Of a DNA stretch of 64,000 nucleotides, positions 38,387-51,044 are shown one piece after another. The translations under genes were made by a program, and so were the position numbers. Origin of the DNA: Eledone cirrhosa (lineage: Eukaryota); contig OZ024740.1 in NCBI GenBank assembly GCA_964016885.1, positions 242,420,001 through 242,484,000 on the forward strand, given 5' to 3'. Numbering within the stretch: position 1 is the first letter of the stretch; each line of letters opens with the position of its first letter. The notes under the pieces were generated by a model, which worked only from the letters and a program-made list of their open reading frames with translations, had not been told where the DNA came from and did not search any database.

Positions 38387-38410
38387 CTTGCATTCGATGA
38401 AGGACCTCTG
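38387..38410 (-). CDS. Candidate 24-nt exon (QRSFIECK or AEVLHRMQ)
   Basis: Acceptor tatcttctgcttctag, donor AAG|gtgtag. Confidence 0.25.
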
Positions 38411-38864
38411 CTAGAAGCAGAAGATATCAATAGGAACTTGGAATAACTCCATATATATGAGCATCATCATCTTCAGTCTTACATCTGTTTTTCCATGCTA
38501 GTATGGGTTGAATGAGGCTTTTTCAGGCAGAACTCTATGTTTAGCTGCCCTTCCTGATGCCAACCTCCACCTGCCTTTAGATATTTTTTTTTAATACAGT
38601 ACAGATCTTTGCACATGTAACCATATCTGTTTACTCAGTAGGATGAAACCCATGTGGTTGCAAAGTAAACTTCTTAACTATACAATCATATATATAATCA
38701 AAAACAAACACTCTATATTACCAACCCACCAACAGTCTGAGGTTCTCTATGAATTACAGAAGGAAGCAGCAGATGCCATCTACACAAGGGGAGAGAAGAG
38801 AATGGGGAATAGGAAGGAGTTTGAATTCTTTCTCTCTACAACCACTACTACCACAACTGCCACC

Positions 38865-39180
38865 ATCATCATCATCCTCATCATTACATCTGTTTTACCA
38901 AGCTTGCAAGGGTTGAACTGGTCTTCTTTAGCACAACATCTCATTACTTCTTGTAGTCTTTTGTTAGGTTCAGTCTCTTTAAATCAACCTCCACCACTAC
39001 TTTCCATATCTTTCTTGGTCTTCTATTTTGCAGGTTCCTAACATTTGGATCGTTTTGCACTATTCTAATCAACCGTTATCTTCTATACACATCACATGTC
39101 TGTACTTGCACAGCCCCCTCTCTTGTGCATGACATGATTCCTCTTTTACCCAGCTTTTCTCTCAGCTCATTTTAGCCACA
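38865..39180 (-). mobile_element. Degenerate short-tailed RTE 3' fragment
   Basis: Aligns to 10985-11300. Confidence 0.65.
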
Positions 39181-39182
39181 TC

Positions 39183-39222
<40 letters not shown>

Positions 39223-39620
39223 GAAAAAAGATCTGATGGTCATACAGAGAAAATAATGAGAGTATTAAGATAAAAATCTATACATAGTTGATTATCTGAA
39301 TTAACTACTAAAAAATTTAATCTTAAATACAGACAAATGGGGAGAAGTTTCCAAAAGAAGACTTTTAGTGATTCATGCAAACAAAACAAAAAATGAAAAT
39401 ATTAATTCTTTTTTATCCGAGCAATCACAAAAATGAAATACATAAAAGTAATAAAAGTTGTGGGAATAGGTTAGGTTTTTTATTTAGTAAAGGAAATTAC
39501 ATTTTTGATTAAAGAGATATACACCATATTGGAACTATAATAATAATCTGGTTAAAATCTTCTAAACTAAATATCAGCATTGCAATTTAAATATTGAAAT
39601 ACTCATGTAGAAATCCCTTT

Positions 39621-39815
39621 TTAACCCTTTAGCATTTACATTACTCTATATATTACTCTATTATATTTTCATGGTAAAGGCTTTACTTCACATAATTATC
39701 TCACATAATATTGAATCTATGAGATTTTGATATTATTTATTTTGAGAATACCCTAACATCAGTATGAGCGGGCAGTTACAACAGAGAGAATTTGGTTTAA
39801 ATACTAAATGGTTAA
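39621..39815 (-). mobile_element. MITE family 1
   Basis: ttaaccctttagcatt...aaatactaaatggttaa, reverse of the 54118 copy. Confidence 0.85.
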
Positions 39816-40108
39816 CTTTTTTTACAATGTGTTTTAATATGATCACCAGTTTTACTTCCAGTTTTCTTTATGCTTGCGTGGTTTGGACAAGACTATTTGA
39901 TGCAGAATTCCACAGCCGGATGTCCTACCTTAGTCGTATTTTTAGTAAGGTGTGGATCTTCACACATAAAGATGTGGGACTTCTAACTACTGAAATGTAG
40001 GACATAAACAAATACCACCATCTGCTTCAATGACATTGAATGCAAAGAGGAGAGATAGAGAGAAATAAACACATGCACACCTAATGTACCATATATATTT
40101 ATGTATAA

Positions 40109-40648
40109 GTGGAGGCACATGGCTTAGTGGTTAGGGCATTGGTCTTGCAATCGAAAGGTTGTGAGTTCAATTCTCAGACGGGGTGATGTGTTGTTTCCTT
40201 GAGCAAGACACTTTATTTCACATTGCTCCAGTTTACTCAGCTGTAGAAATGAGATGCTAGGGACTGAGGTCCCTATCATTCCACTGCAAAGTGGTTGTGG
40301 AGGTGCCATGGAAAAAAGCACCCAGCCCACACTGTAAAGTGGACGTGTAGGCGCCATGGAAAAAAGCACCCAGCCCACACTGTAAAGTGGACGTGTAGGC
40401 GCCATGGAAAAAAGCACCCAGCCCACACTGTAAAGTGGACGTGTAGGCGCCACGGAAAAAAAGCACCCAACACTCACTGAAAATGAGGTTGGTGTTAGGA
40501 AGGGCATCCAGCTGTAGAAATCAAGCCAGAATCAGTTCCCGTATGAGCAAGACAAGGTCAGCCAACCAGACACTGCCCACAACAGGACAACCCGTCTAAC
40601 CCATGCTAGCGTGGAAGAACGGACGTAAAACGATGATAATGATGATAT
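40109..40648 (+). mobile_element. Full-length CORE-type SINE with four tandem 48-bp units and RTE-type tail
   Basis: Period 48 (40331, 40379, 40427). Tail near-identical to 56925-57090. Confidence 0.92.
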
Positions 40649-41167
40649 ACCATGTACAATGGTAGTTTGCATATATCTTAAGTGTTCAAAGCATTTAAAT
40701 ATTATATAACAAATATATATGTATGTATTTTCGATGTAATTCCTGATGGATTTGTAAGGGTGATGTTATTACATATGGCATGTATCCAAGTCTGAACACA
40801 GCCGATTTCTTCCAGCGAAGGAGTGAAAGAGACTAAGAGAAAGAAAGTGAAAAAGAGATATAGAAGAAGAATCAAACCCAATTATTGACCTCAAAAGGAT
40901 AACAGGCAAAGATGACCTCAGTGGGATTTGAACTTAGAGAGCACAGACAGCGAGAACAAATACCACAAAGCTTTCCATCCGATAATCTAATGACTCTGCC
41001 AATTTGCCACCAATAAATAGAGAAGCAAAATACCCAAGTGGATAAAGTATTGGATTCTCTGCTCTGTTCAAGGGTTTTGAGTTCAAGTTCAAAATGTAGG
41101 CATTTCATTCTTTCAGAGCAGGGAACTTTGTCTATGTGTCTGACTTTACTTGACTATTAGGAATATA

Positions 41168-41330
41168 GGTGTGAAGGCTCATGTCTTAGTAGTTAGGGTG
41201 ACCAACTCATGACCGTAAAGCCCTGAGTTTGATTCCCAGCAGTGCATTGTATCCTTGAGCAAGATACTTTATTCCATGTTGCTCCAATCAATTCAAACAC
41301 CAAAAATGAGATGTACTTGTAATGCAAAAT
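41168..41330 (+). mobile_element. Diverged CORE-type SINE
   Basis: gtgaaggctcatgtcttagtag, gagtttgattcc, tccttgagcaagatacttt. Confidence 0.75.
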
Positions 41331-41635
41331 TCCAGATGAGCTAATTATTAAATTACGAGACACATATGGTTTGTGATATATTACTTTTAAATATAAAATT
41401 TATTTAAACTGGTGCTTTTTCATATTCTGTCAACTTGTTTTCCTTCGCTAAGGGTACTACTTTATCTGAGTTATTCAACTATTTATTATAGTTATGAACT
41501 ATTATTATAGTTATCTGCATTGTAGCAACTATAATTTTATATTTCTGAATGCTTCGTAATCGACCAAATATTGTTTACACTTCTAGCTTCACACTTAAAT
41601 CTTCTAAAAGAACAACAATAGTAGTTAACAGCTAG

Positions 41636-41710
41636 AGCCCTCTGGTGTAATGATTAAATACACTTGCCTGGTATACAAGTGATCTGTGGTTCAATTCCCC
41701 ACAGGCGTCT
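41636..41710 (+). pseudogene. tRNA-Thr(GGT)-like pseudogene/Pol III head between direct repeats
   Basis: A box tggtgtaatga, anticodon arm cttg-c-ctGGTat-a-caag, T loop ggttcaattcc. Acceptor stem does not pair well. Confidence 0.6.
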
Positions 41711-42765
41711 CTGTTTGACATTTTTCCATCTTCAGAGGTACTTTAATCCCTTTATTCAACTATTATTTATAGTTATTAACTATTATTTTAGATATCTATA
41801 TTGTGGTGGTTACTATATTTTCAACATTTTTTAAACTTAATCAAAAAGACTAAAATCTGTCAATAGGGAATAAATATTTAAATAGAAATATAGAAAAGTA
41901 AAAAAACAATACTTTATTTTTTTTTTAAACATGGAAAGTATAGAAAATACTTTAGAAAATCAAGACTTGAAAACTTAATAAATAAATTAGGCCATAGTAT
42001 TTGCTGTTCACTTAAAAGACCTTTCTTATTTTGTTCCAGCCTACTGATATATCTTCTAACAGCCAAATACAAAATGTTTTCTAAACTTTGAAAAAAAAAA
42101 GAGCTTTCCTACATTACCTGCATTCTACACACTACCCATACATTTTCTTTTATCTTTGAGGGAGCTCTTTAAAAAAGGGGAAGAAATGCAGCAGCTCCCT
42201 ATATTATTTTTAGGAGCAGAATCAAATTACTTCACGCCTAGGTATGTGTGTGTATATATATATATTTCTGTATATAATCATCATTATACATATGTGTGTA
42301 TATACACACACACACAATGTATTTGCATTTATGTACATAATAATCCTCACCTCTATGAAACTATGTGTGAGATGTGTTTTTAGTTAACAATATATTTTTA
42401 TCATATCTAGATAAAGTACACAACTCAACTCATCTCATTTTTAGCCTAGCTGAAAATAGGTACCACTTCACATACAAGGTTCAATGATTAGTCTTAAGAA
42501 AAGCAGCTAACTATAAACAACTGTATGAACAATTCATACAAATATCTGCCTATTTGAGCAAAGCAACAAAAAATTTAAAACATGTATGTGTGAAAGTAGA
42601 GTATTAACATTGACAAAACAACTTCAACTCCATTTTCTAACATAAATTCTTTTTCTTTATCAAAAATCAATCAATGTGAATTGTCCTCAATTTCATGATA
42701 CAGAACATGGCTATATATCTATTTATTTTATATTGCAATTGATGAACAATAGTCATCGGTGAGAT

Positions 42766-43065
42766 GAGTAGTCCCCAACCACTAGGCAGTGGACCGGTAC
42801 CGGGTTGTGAACCATTTGGTACCAGACAGCTATGAAGTCCATCACTATTGATGAAAAGCTAATCCTGCTTGCAGCTAAGGAGATTTGCCCATGAAATTTT
42901 AGAAGCTGCAGTTAAAAAAGTAGCAATGGTTCCTCTTTCGGTTAGCACAATAATTAGACAAATTGATGAAATAGCAGAGGACATTAAGGCACAATTGTCA
43001 CCAGTCCATGGAGAAATTGCCTTGCATGACACCAGACCATTGTGCAAAAAGGTTAGGAACCACTG
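42766..43065 (+). mobile_element. Internally deleted hAT (Charlie/Buster-type) element
   Basis: TIRs gagtagtccccaacc / ggttaggaaccactg, degenerate 8-bp TSD ggtgagat/gattagat, transposase remnant EAAVKKVAMVPLSVSTIIRQIDEIAEDIKAQL. Confidence 0.85.
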
Positions 43066-44700
43066 GATTAGATGGTTAGACTAATCACTAGTTGACTACA
43101 TTCCTGGTGGTAAATATAACTGGAGATGTCTGTAACTGGGATGTCTGTAACTCAGTGTAAAGAGTTTTGTTCTCAGAAAAGATTTCTTGTTCAAAGAGTA
43201 TCAGTTTTTTCCCAATGTTAACATGTTTTGCCTCCATACATCGATAAAGGATACCCCCACCCACACACACACACAAGGGTTGCAAAGTAAACTTTTAAAC
43301 CACACAGCTATGCTTGCCCATAAAGTTGGTAGCAAATACACACTAAAAGTCTGACATAAGAAATACTCAAAAATCAATAATAAATCAATCTTTATTATGT
43401 ATAAACCTTATCCTTCTGAAATGAAGCCGATTTACTCCGATTTATTCACAGGTGGTGAATTGGCAAAGTTAGACAGTCAGCTAGAGTATCTTGCAATATT
43501 ATTTTTGGCTTTCTGCATTTTGATTTTAAATCTCATCAAGGTCAAACTGGCCTTTCATACTTCTGGGGTTGATAAAGTACCAATCAAGTACTGCTGTCTC
43601 TCTCTCTTATATTTATATATAGATCAGGATTTTACCACTTAGAGTACGCAATACTTGGGACAGTAAACTTAGAGAGTTGGGGCTCAATGGTTGAGCTCTT
43701 GCCGTTTCGAAAGAAAATTCCAGACACAGACTGGAACTTGCTATTGAAGTGACAAGAGCTCAGCTGTTGGTCCTCGATTCTGTCAATTATATTTATATAT
43801 ATAACATGTGTGCGTGTGTGTATAGTTATATGAAGTGTTGATAGTTTGAAGACCAGGAAGACCACAGATCAGGATAGTACTCGATGCATGCTTATGAGCA
43901 GTGTAGATATAGTTATTCAGTATAATCCCAATGAAGGGCACTCTCTATTTCGGGTTGCTTACTTTGAACTATATTATATATATATTATATAATTGTTTGC
44001 AGTATTAGTTGAGGGATTACTATATTTTTCTAATTTCCTATTATTACTGGGAAGTAGGTAGTTAGCTATATTAGGGGTAGTAGAGTATGATATTTTTATA
44101 TTTTTATTAAAACTAAGTGATAGCAGTGGGCTGGAAGGAAATTTTTCTCTTGGATATTAAAGAATGATTTTGGTTTATTTGTAGCTAAGTTCTTGCTAAA
44201 AGGAGGGTTGAACCATGAAGTGGATTATCTGCGATTTGATTTACGAGTCATTGACTTTGCCTTTCATCCTTACAGGGTCGATAAAATAAAGTACCAGTAA
44301 TGCACTGGGTAATTGCTGGCCTTGTGCCTAAAGTAGAAACAATTATTAGTGTATAGTACTATTTTAGGTTCATTTTGGTTATAAATATATATATAAGACA
44401 GATTGGTTGTTAGAATGTCAGATTAAATGCCTAGATATTTGTTCAGGTTGTGCTCTGAGTTCAAATCCATCAAGGTTAACTTTGTCTTTCACCCTTTCAA
44501 GGTTGATAAATAAAGTACTAACCCAGGAGCTGTGGATTGGCAGAATTGGTAAAAAGTGGGACAAAATGATTTGTGGTGCATTATGGGTACAAATCTGCTT
44601 CTTTCTGCCAGAAGTTATGACTAAGAAAGGCCTAATCTAACAATCAACTCCTTTCTTTTTCCATATATGTGCGTGTATGTATATATATATATATATATAT

Positions 44701-45582
44701 CATCATCATCATCATCATCAACGTTTAACGTCCGTGTTCCACGCTTGCATGGGTTTGGACGGGGGTTTTCCCACTTGAGGCAAGAGTGATTGTCTTGCTC
44801 GCATAGGACTGTCTGGCAGGTTTTCTACAGTTGGATGCCCTTCCTAACACCAACCACATTTACAGTGTGGGTCTGGGAGGTTTTTACCGTGTTGCCTACA
44901 CGGCCACATTACAGCGTGGACTGTGTGTTTTTTTGTCGTGATACCTACACGATCTCATTTATTTCGGCCTGGATGGTGTGGCACCAACATAACTTTACAT
45001 AGCAGGGGGTGGTGTGGATGAGGTGGGGGTGGTGGGACGGGGGTGTATTTTGTTAGAGATGCCTACTGGCTGGAGTAGGTTTTACTATATATTTAGGCAA
45101 GGCGGGTCTTCTCTGTTACTGAGTACCGCCAAAGGTCTCGGTCCAGTGACATTGTCTTGGAGAGGTGTAAGTGTGTGAGGTTGGAGTTTATCAGCTCGTC
45201 CCAGGTTTTTCTAGGTCTGCCTATTCCGTGGCTACCGTCTATCTTTATTGCCCTGCACTTTGTTATACAGCTATCAACTTTCATGCGCATCACGTGTCCG
45301 TACCAACGCAGCCTTCTCTCGAGTAAACAACATCTGATCCCTCTTATTTCTAATTTTTTCCTTAGTTCGTCTATGCTTTGCCGTTCACGTATACACATCT
45401 AGCGGAGCATGCAAGCTTCGTTCCTCTCTAGTCTGCGTATATCCTCTGCACACAATGGCCAGGTCTCACTGCCATGCAACATTGCTGTTCGTATGCAGGC
45501 ATCATACAACCTGCCTTTCATTTTTAGGGAGAACCCTTTAGCGGCTAATAGTGGTATAAGCTCTCTGAACTTTTTCCATCCA

Positions 45583-45583
<1 letters not shown>
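44701..45583 (-). mobile_element. 5'-truncated RTE LINE with long 3' UTR, (TA)n on both sides
   Basis: GWKKFRELIPLL...LYDACIRTAMLHGSETW...RRLRWYGHVMRM...GRPRKTW. Confidence 0.92.
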
Positions 45584-45619
<36 letters not shown>

Positions 45620-45626
<7 letters not shown>

Positions 45627-46690
45627 ACACTGGTCCAATCCCTGAGCTATACGGTCATTACATCGATGATTGTATCGGTGCCACCTCTCTCTCCCATGAA
45701 CAGCTCAACTCCTTTCTTTCTTTTGTCCAGTCTTTTCATCCTGCCCTCACCTCGACCACCTCTGTCTCCAACTCTTCTGTCCAATTTCTTGACATCTCTG
45801 CATCTATCGACCACACTCACCACACACTATCCACTTCCATCTTCTATAAGTTCACTGATTCCCATTCCTACCTCGACTTCACCCCCCTTCCATCCCACCC
45901 GCACTAAACTCTCCATACCCTACTCTTAATTCCTCCGTCTTCATCAACTCTGTGGCCAGGACCATAATAGGACCCAGTTCCTAAACATGGCCTCCCGCTT
46001 CATCCAGCATAGATTTCCCCCACCATGATCCAAGCTGCCCTCACCTGCACCCATGAAACCAACCATATCACAGCCCTCTCACCCCACCACCGCCCTCCCG
46101 ACACCTGCCATCCTTTCCCCCTCACCTACTATCCCATCACCCTAACTCTCCTGCGACATATCCTCCTTTCAAACCCACCTATCACGCCTTTAAACATGCC
46201 CGTAATCTGTAACCTACTGAATGTAGTTCCTTTCTCCCTCCTCTCCTAGAACTCCACCCAGCTCCTGCCCCTGTTCTTGTCCCTACTGTAACACCCATCC
46301 CTTCATTCCTAACCTCCCCACTCTCACAGGCACCAATGGTTTATTCCATATCAGCCACTCCTTCATCTGCACATCAACCCACAAAGTCTATGACCTCCGG
46401 TGTTCCCATTGTGGGTCAATATATACATCGAACAAACAGGCCGCCATCTGGCAGACTGTTTCACTGAACACTTGAGTACATATGACTCAGCATGGATACC
46501 TCCCATCGCTCATCATTTCCATTCCCCAGGTCATTCTTCCCTACATGTCTTAGTCCTTGGTGTCCTTTTACATCACAGATCACAGGCCTCCTACACTAGG
46601 ACTGAGCAGTCTGATTTTCTGCCTTGAGCCAAGTTTCCCTAATGAACTAAGTTTCCCTAATGAACTCAACCCCCCCCCCCCCTTTCTTTA
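45620..46690 (+). mobile_element. Degenerate Penelope-like element (RT + GIY-YIG)
   Basis: YIDDC, FLDISAS, YKFTDSHSYLDF, then VYDLRCSHCGSIYIEQTGRHLADCFTEH and PIAHHFHSPGH. Confidence 0.9.
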
Positions 46691-47456
46691 ATCTTGTACA
46701 CTCGTGCTTACTTCTCTACCTCTAGCCACTGTCACCAATCCCTCATCTGCTGTCACACAAGTGCACATACATTCGCCCCCTAGGTTCCTATGGCTCTGTT
46801 ATGTTCAGAAACATACACTCTTACAGCTTATACAGACCAACAAAATAAACACACACACCTCTACATTAACCTTCACACCTCTGTACAGACCAACTACTAA
46901 CACACACATATACCCTCATATACACACACATTTGCTCTCAGCCTTGTACTTACAAACACTAGCCTATTATTTAATGTGAGCATCCCAAAGTAGAAAATCA
47001 CAGTAATAACCATTAATCACTATTAGTAATAGGGTTCCAGAGCAAGAGAGCGGATATGATTTCATTGCTGGAACCCTGACTCCAGCCTGACTAGGAGTAG
47101 GAAGCTGTCATTCCCTGACGTTATCTCTAGGGATACAGGAATCAGTAGACGGGACCTGGGGGCAGCGATGGGGGACAGGGAATTCTGGGGCATGAGAGTG
47201 AGATCCATCATCTCGACAGTAGTCGACGAATGATGATGATGATGATTAGTAATAGTTGATAAAATTGGGTAAAATACTCCTAGAGATGGAAAAAGTGGAC
47301 AGGAGTGCCATTTTAAATTCAAGCAGTCTTTTTCTAAATAGAAATTATAATTTAGAAATACAATACATAAACAACTTTTTGTGTTAAAAACTCTGAAAGA
47401 AAATCCATATATACACTAATTTTAAATGATTGATTAGAAGCTTAAACAATGCATAT

Positions 47457-47709
47457 CAATCTGATCGATCGACAATAATATCCCAGACCTCATTCGCTTG
47501 CCGAGTGGAAATTGGACCAAGGAAACTTTTGTTTCGATTGGTCTTTCCATTGCTGATACTATCTACTGGTCACAACTCCTGACAGAAGGAGCAACATGAA
47601 ATAAAGTGTCTTGCTCAAGGACACAACGCATCACCTGGTCCAAGAATTGAACTCGCAACCTCACAATTGCAAACCCAACTCTTTAACCACTAAGCAATGC
47701 GCCTTCACT
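47457..47709 (-). mobile_element. CORE-type SINE with a distinct tail
   Basis: Head and CORE as at 40109, unrelated 3' part. TSD aaacaatgcatat (47444, 47735). Confidence 0.8.
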
Positions 47710-48506
47710 ATGCATATAATGCATATAAACAATCAAACAATGCATATAAAAAATTAAAACACGGTGTTTTAATTCTTTATATGCATTGTTTAGGCTTTTA
47801 ATCTGTTAAGATTATTATTTTGTCACAATGCTTTCAAAAATTGCCTCAAAACTCAATTCATATATAAATATACATATTTTTATATAATTTCAAACTTTAA
47901 AAGGCATCCTAATAATCAGTAATTCCTAGTTTGCATCTTATCTTATCCAGATATTCAACCCCAATACCAGCACATTTCAATACTGTGTGAATACAATTAA
48001 TATTTAATTTTACTTAATTTCAAGCCCTTATATGAATACAGATGCATACATGAAAGACTAACAAGAAGGATTCTCTGTAATTGCATATCTTGCTAGAAAT
48101 AGCAGTCAAACTGCTTTCAAATCACACTCAACTATCTTTAAAAAGGAAGGACACATTTCTAAATGTAGTCTTAGAAAGACAAGGCAAACATGGCTAGGAT
48201 ATTATTTTCTTTTTAAGTCATAGGTTTTGGGGTCAAGACTGACTTGGGGCTAAATAACTAATAAAAATATATTGGCTGTCATTTGGATATTAGAAAAACT
48301 TGCAGGCAAAAGAATAGTCTTTAATAAAGAAACTAAAACTACTCTACAAATAAATAATGTCTTGAAAGAGAATTAATTTAATTAATTACATAACATTATT
48401 AATTAGTGCTCTTGTGCCACGATGAAGGTAGGTGCAGTCGGGGAAGAAAAAAGAAATATATATACAGTGCAACTAATAGAAGCTTGCTTTAAAACAAAAT
48501 ACATAC

Positions 48507-48585
48507 CTGCTAATCTTATCTCTACAGCTTAAAGGTTAATCCAAATTTTGTTTTTGTATCCTTGGTCAGTTTTTAGGTAGAATAT
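48507..48585 (-). other. Candidate non-coding (UTR/lncRNA) exon
   Basis: Very strong acceptor (poly-T)ccag and donor CAG|gtatgt. Stops in all three frames. Confidence 0.35.
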
Positions 48586-48649
48586 CTGGAAAAAAAAAAG
48601 ACATTAACCATATTTTGATGTTTTCATGAAAATAGCACTTGTTAACAAA

Positions 48650-48770
48650 TATGACAACAAGAACAATGATGATGATAATGGTGGTGGTCGTCGTCGGGGT
48701 GGCAATGATGATGATGACAACGGTGATGGTAGTGGGGGTGAAAATGATGATGAGGATGATGATGATGATA
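48650..48770. repeat. Degenerate (GAT)n/(GGT)n tract
   Basis: Direct reading. Confidence 0.9.
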
Positions 48771-51044
48771 AAGCTACAATAGTTAATCCTCTTCTAAATG
48801 CTAAAGATCAATAGGGCTTTTGCTTATCTCCAGTTTTCACAGAATGAGAAGATAAGAGATAAATCTCTCCTTTGAATAGGATGGTGATCTATAACAGGTA
48901 GTTTTTGTTTCCAACTTTAGGAAGACATTGCAAGCTGATGAACCACTCAATAATTTCACAATGCTACTACAGGCCATCATTGAGAATTATATCACCTGTA
49001 TTATTTACTTTGGGTGAGGTGTTTTGAGCCATTGAGAGCAAAATGTTTCAAACACTAATGAACAACAATCTATAAACAACAGACATTTCTTCATAAACAT
49101 TCACATAATTTTTTTTTTCTTCCAGTCAATTTATTACCATTATTATCAAATAAACCAAAATGCAAAATATTTCCAAACACAGTTGTCATGATCAGACATC
49201 TAATGAAATATTAACTATTTTCATTGACACCTCATAAAAAAAAATACACACACAAAATGATCGTGTGTTAAATAATATCTGAAATGCATTAATATATATA
49301 GATTTCACCAAAAAGAAATATCAAGTTTTAATTCACTGGGGTCTTAATCTTTGTGAAAATTCTCTTGACTTCAAAATGACTTTTATAATATGTTACATAA
49401 CACAATATATGTAAAATATTATGTCACTAAATGAACACTTAAGATATCAATTTCAAAATCTGCTACTAAAGACATTGCATGAGCAAAGCGTTTTTACTTT
49501 AGTAAATTATCTAACTGGAAAATATGAATTTTACACGAAACTTCATTTACTACAAAACAAATATATAGATATTCATATTTGTCCTGTCATACTAACTGAA
49601 AGGAATGTTAAAAAAAAAACTAGTAATTTTTTTTTTAAATAGGAAATAATCATCTCATTCTTCATCTTATCTGGGTCCAGATAGTATGTATGCACCACCT
49701 GAAAATGCCTCTGCTTCTTCGAAATAACCCTGCTTGTTTTAAAGTGTATATATCTATCTAAAAATATTCCCTAATAATTTCTTGTAAAAGCCTATGTTAA
49801 GTTATGCTCGAAATGAGAAAGTTAGCCATATTACTAAATCACTCCAAATTCTTTATTTTCAAAATGATTTGCCTGCACCAAAATGTGATGCTTTGTACCA
49901 ATATCAAAAATCAATTATTCTTATTGTATATTCTGTCTTTTGGGGAAATTCTGTTGTTCATTTTTGGTTGCATTTTGTTTTTTTAATGATTCATCTGATT
50001 TGGCTAAAACATTTTATTCAAATAGAACATCCATATAGATCAGTGGAAAACTTATATAACTACTCAGTTTTGCAGATAACAAATTCATTCTGGCATCAAT
50101 AAAAGAAATAATAATGAAAATATAACCCTTACAATAATAAATATATTTGCAATATGAGCAGCTTAACCAAACATTAAACTCTTCTTTTTTTTCTGTCATG
50201 AAACTAGAACTCATTTATAGATTTAATGTTCAATAAATGGATATATATATCCAGGAAAATTTGTAATGCATTGCATTTCATTTTCACATCAATATAGCTT
50301 CTGAAAATAGGTAAAACTGCTACACCTAATCTATGCTTTTGAGCATCCATTCAGAAATACCTTTGAAATAACTTATATAAGTAGCTCAAAATGTCCTGAC
50401 AGTGGATAAGTAATCCTCTTAACGTAAACACTTCAAACTAAATACATAGCATTGTGGGAAAACCAGTATGAAGATGGGAGTGTAAGGAGGTGAGATAATC
50501 ATTATAGTAGTTAGCATGTAGAATGCCATTTTAAGCTTAAAGTCATATTTAATGTGATTACTGACACATGTTTATAGGTCTAAAGTAAATAAGGATGATA
50601 TACTTGAATTAAACTTTAGTGAAGTATTAATCTCACGCACACAATAATTCAATCAATGCTAAAATGTTTTTTAAAAATCCTGCCATTAAAAAAAAAATGA
50701 TTTCCCTATGAATTTTTCTTAGCATGTACTACAGAAAAAGAACAAAAGTGTAGTCTATGAGAACCTTTTATAAACTCAACTTTAGACCCACAGAAAGATT
50801 TACATTTAATTCTAAGATGACTAAATTATTAACAAGCAAATACAATTTCAGTTTATGCTATTAATATTTGTGAAATTATAGTACATGGTCCCAATTATCA
50901 AACCAAACTAAGTTTAGGTTCTTGAAACAAAGTATAGAAAATGAGAAAGAAAACTAGATGAAATATTTTCCACCTCACATTTAAATGGTTGTAACATGAA
51001 TTATAAAATGCAAGAAAAAAATTAGAAACACATTCAACCTAATA

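Noticed and set aside
40124-40507. 127-aa ORF with 16-aa repeats; CRISPR-like periodicity
   Set aside because: Translation of the 48-bp SINE unit. Repeats are contiguous with no unique spacers and no cas genes.
41636-41710. Functional tRNA-Thr gene
   Set aside because: Mispaired acceptor and T stems, unusual anticodon, embedded in a repeat.
48626-48814. Acidic D/G-rich ORF
   Set aside because: Degenerate (GAT)n/(GGT)n microsatellite without splice or homology support.
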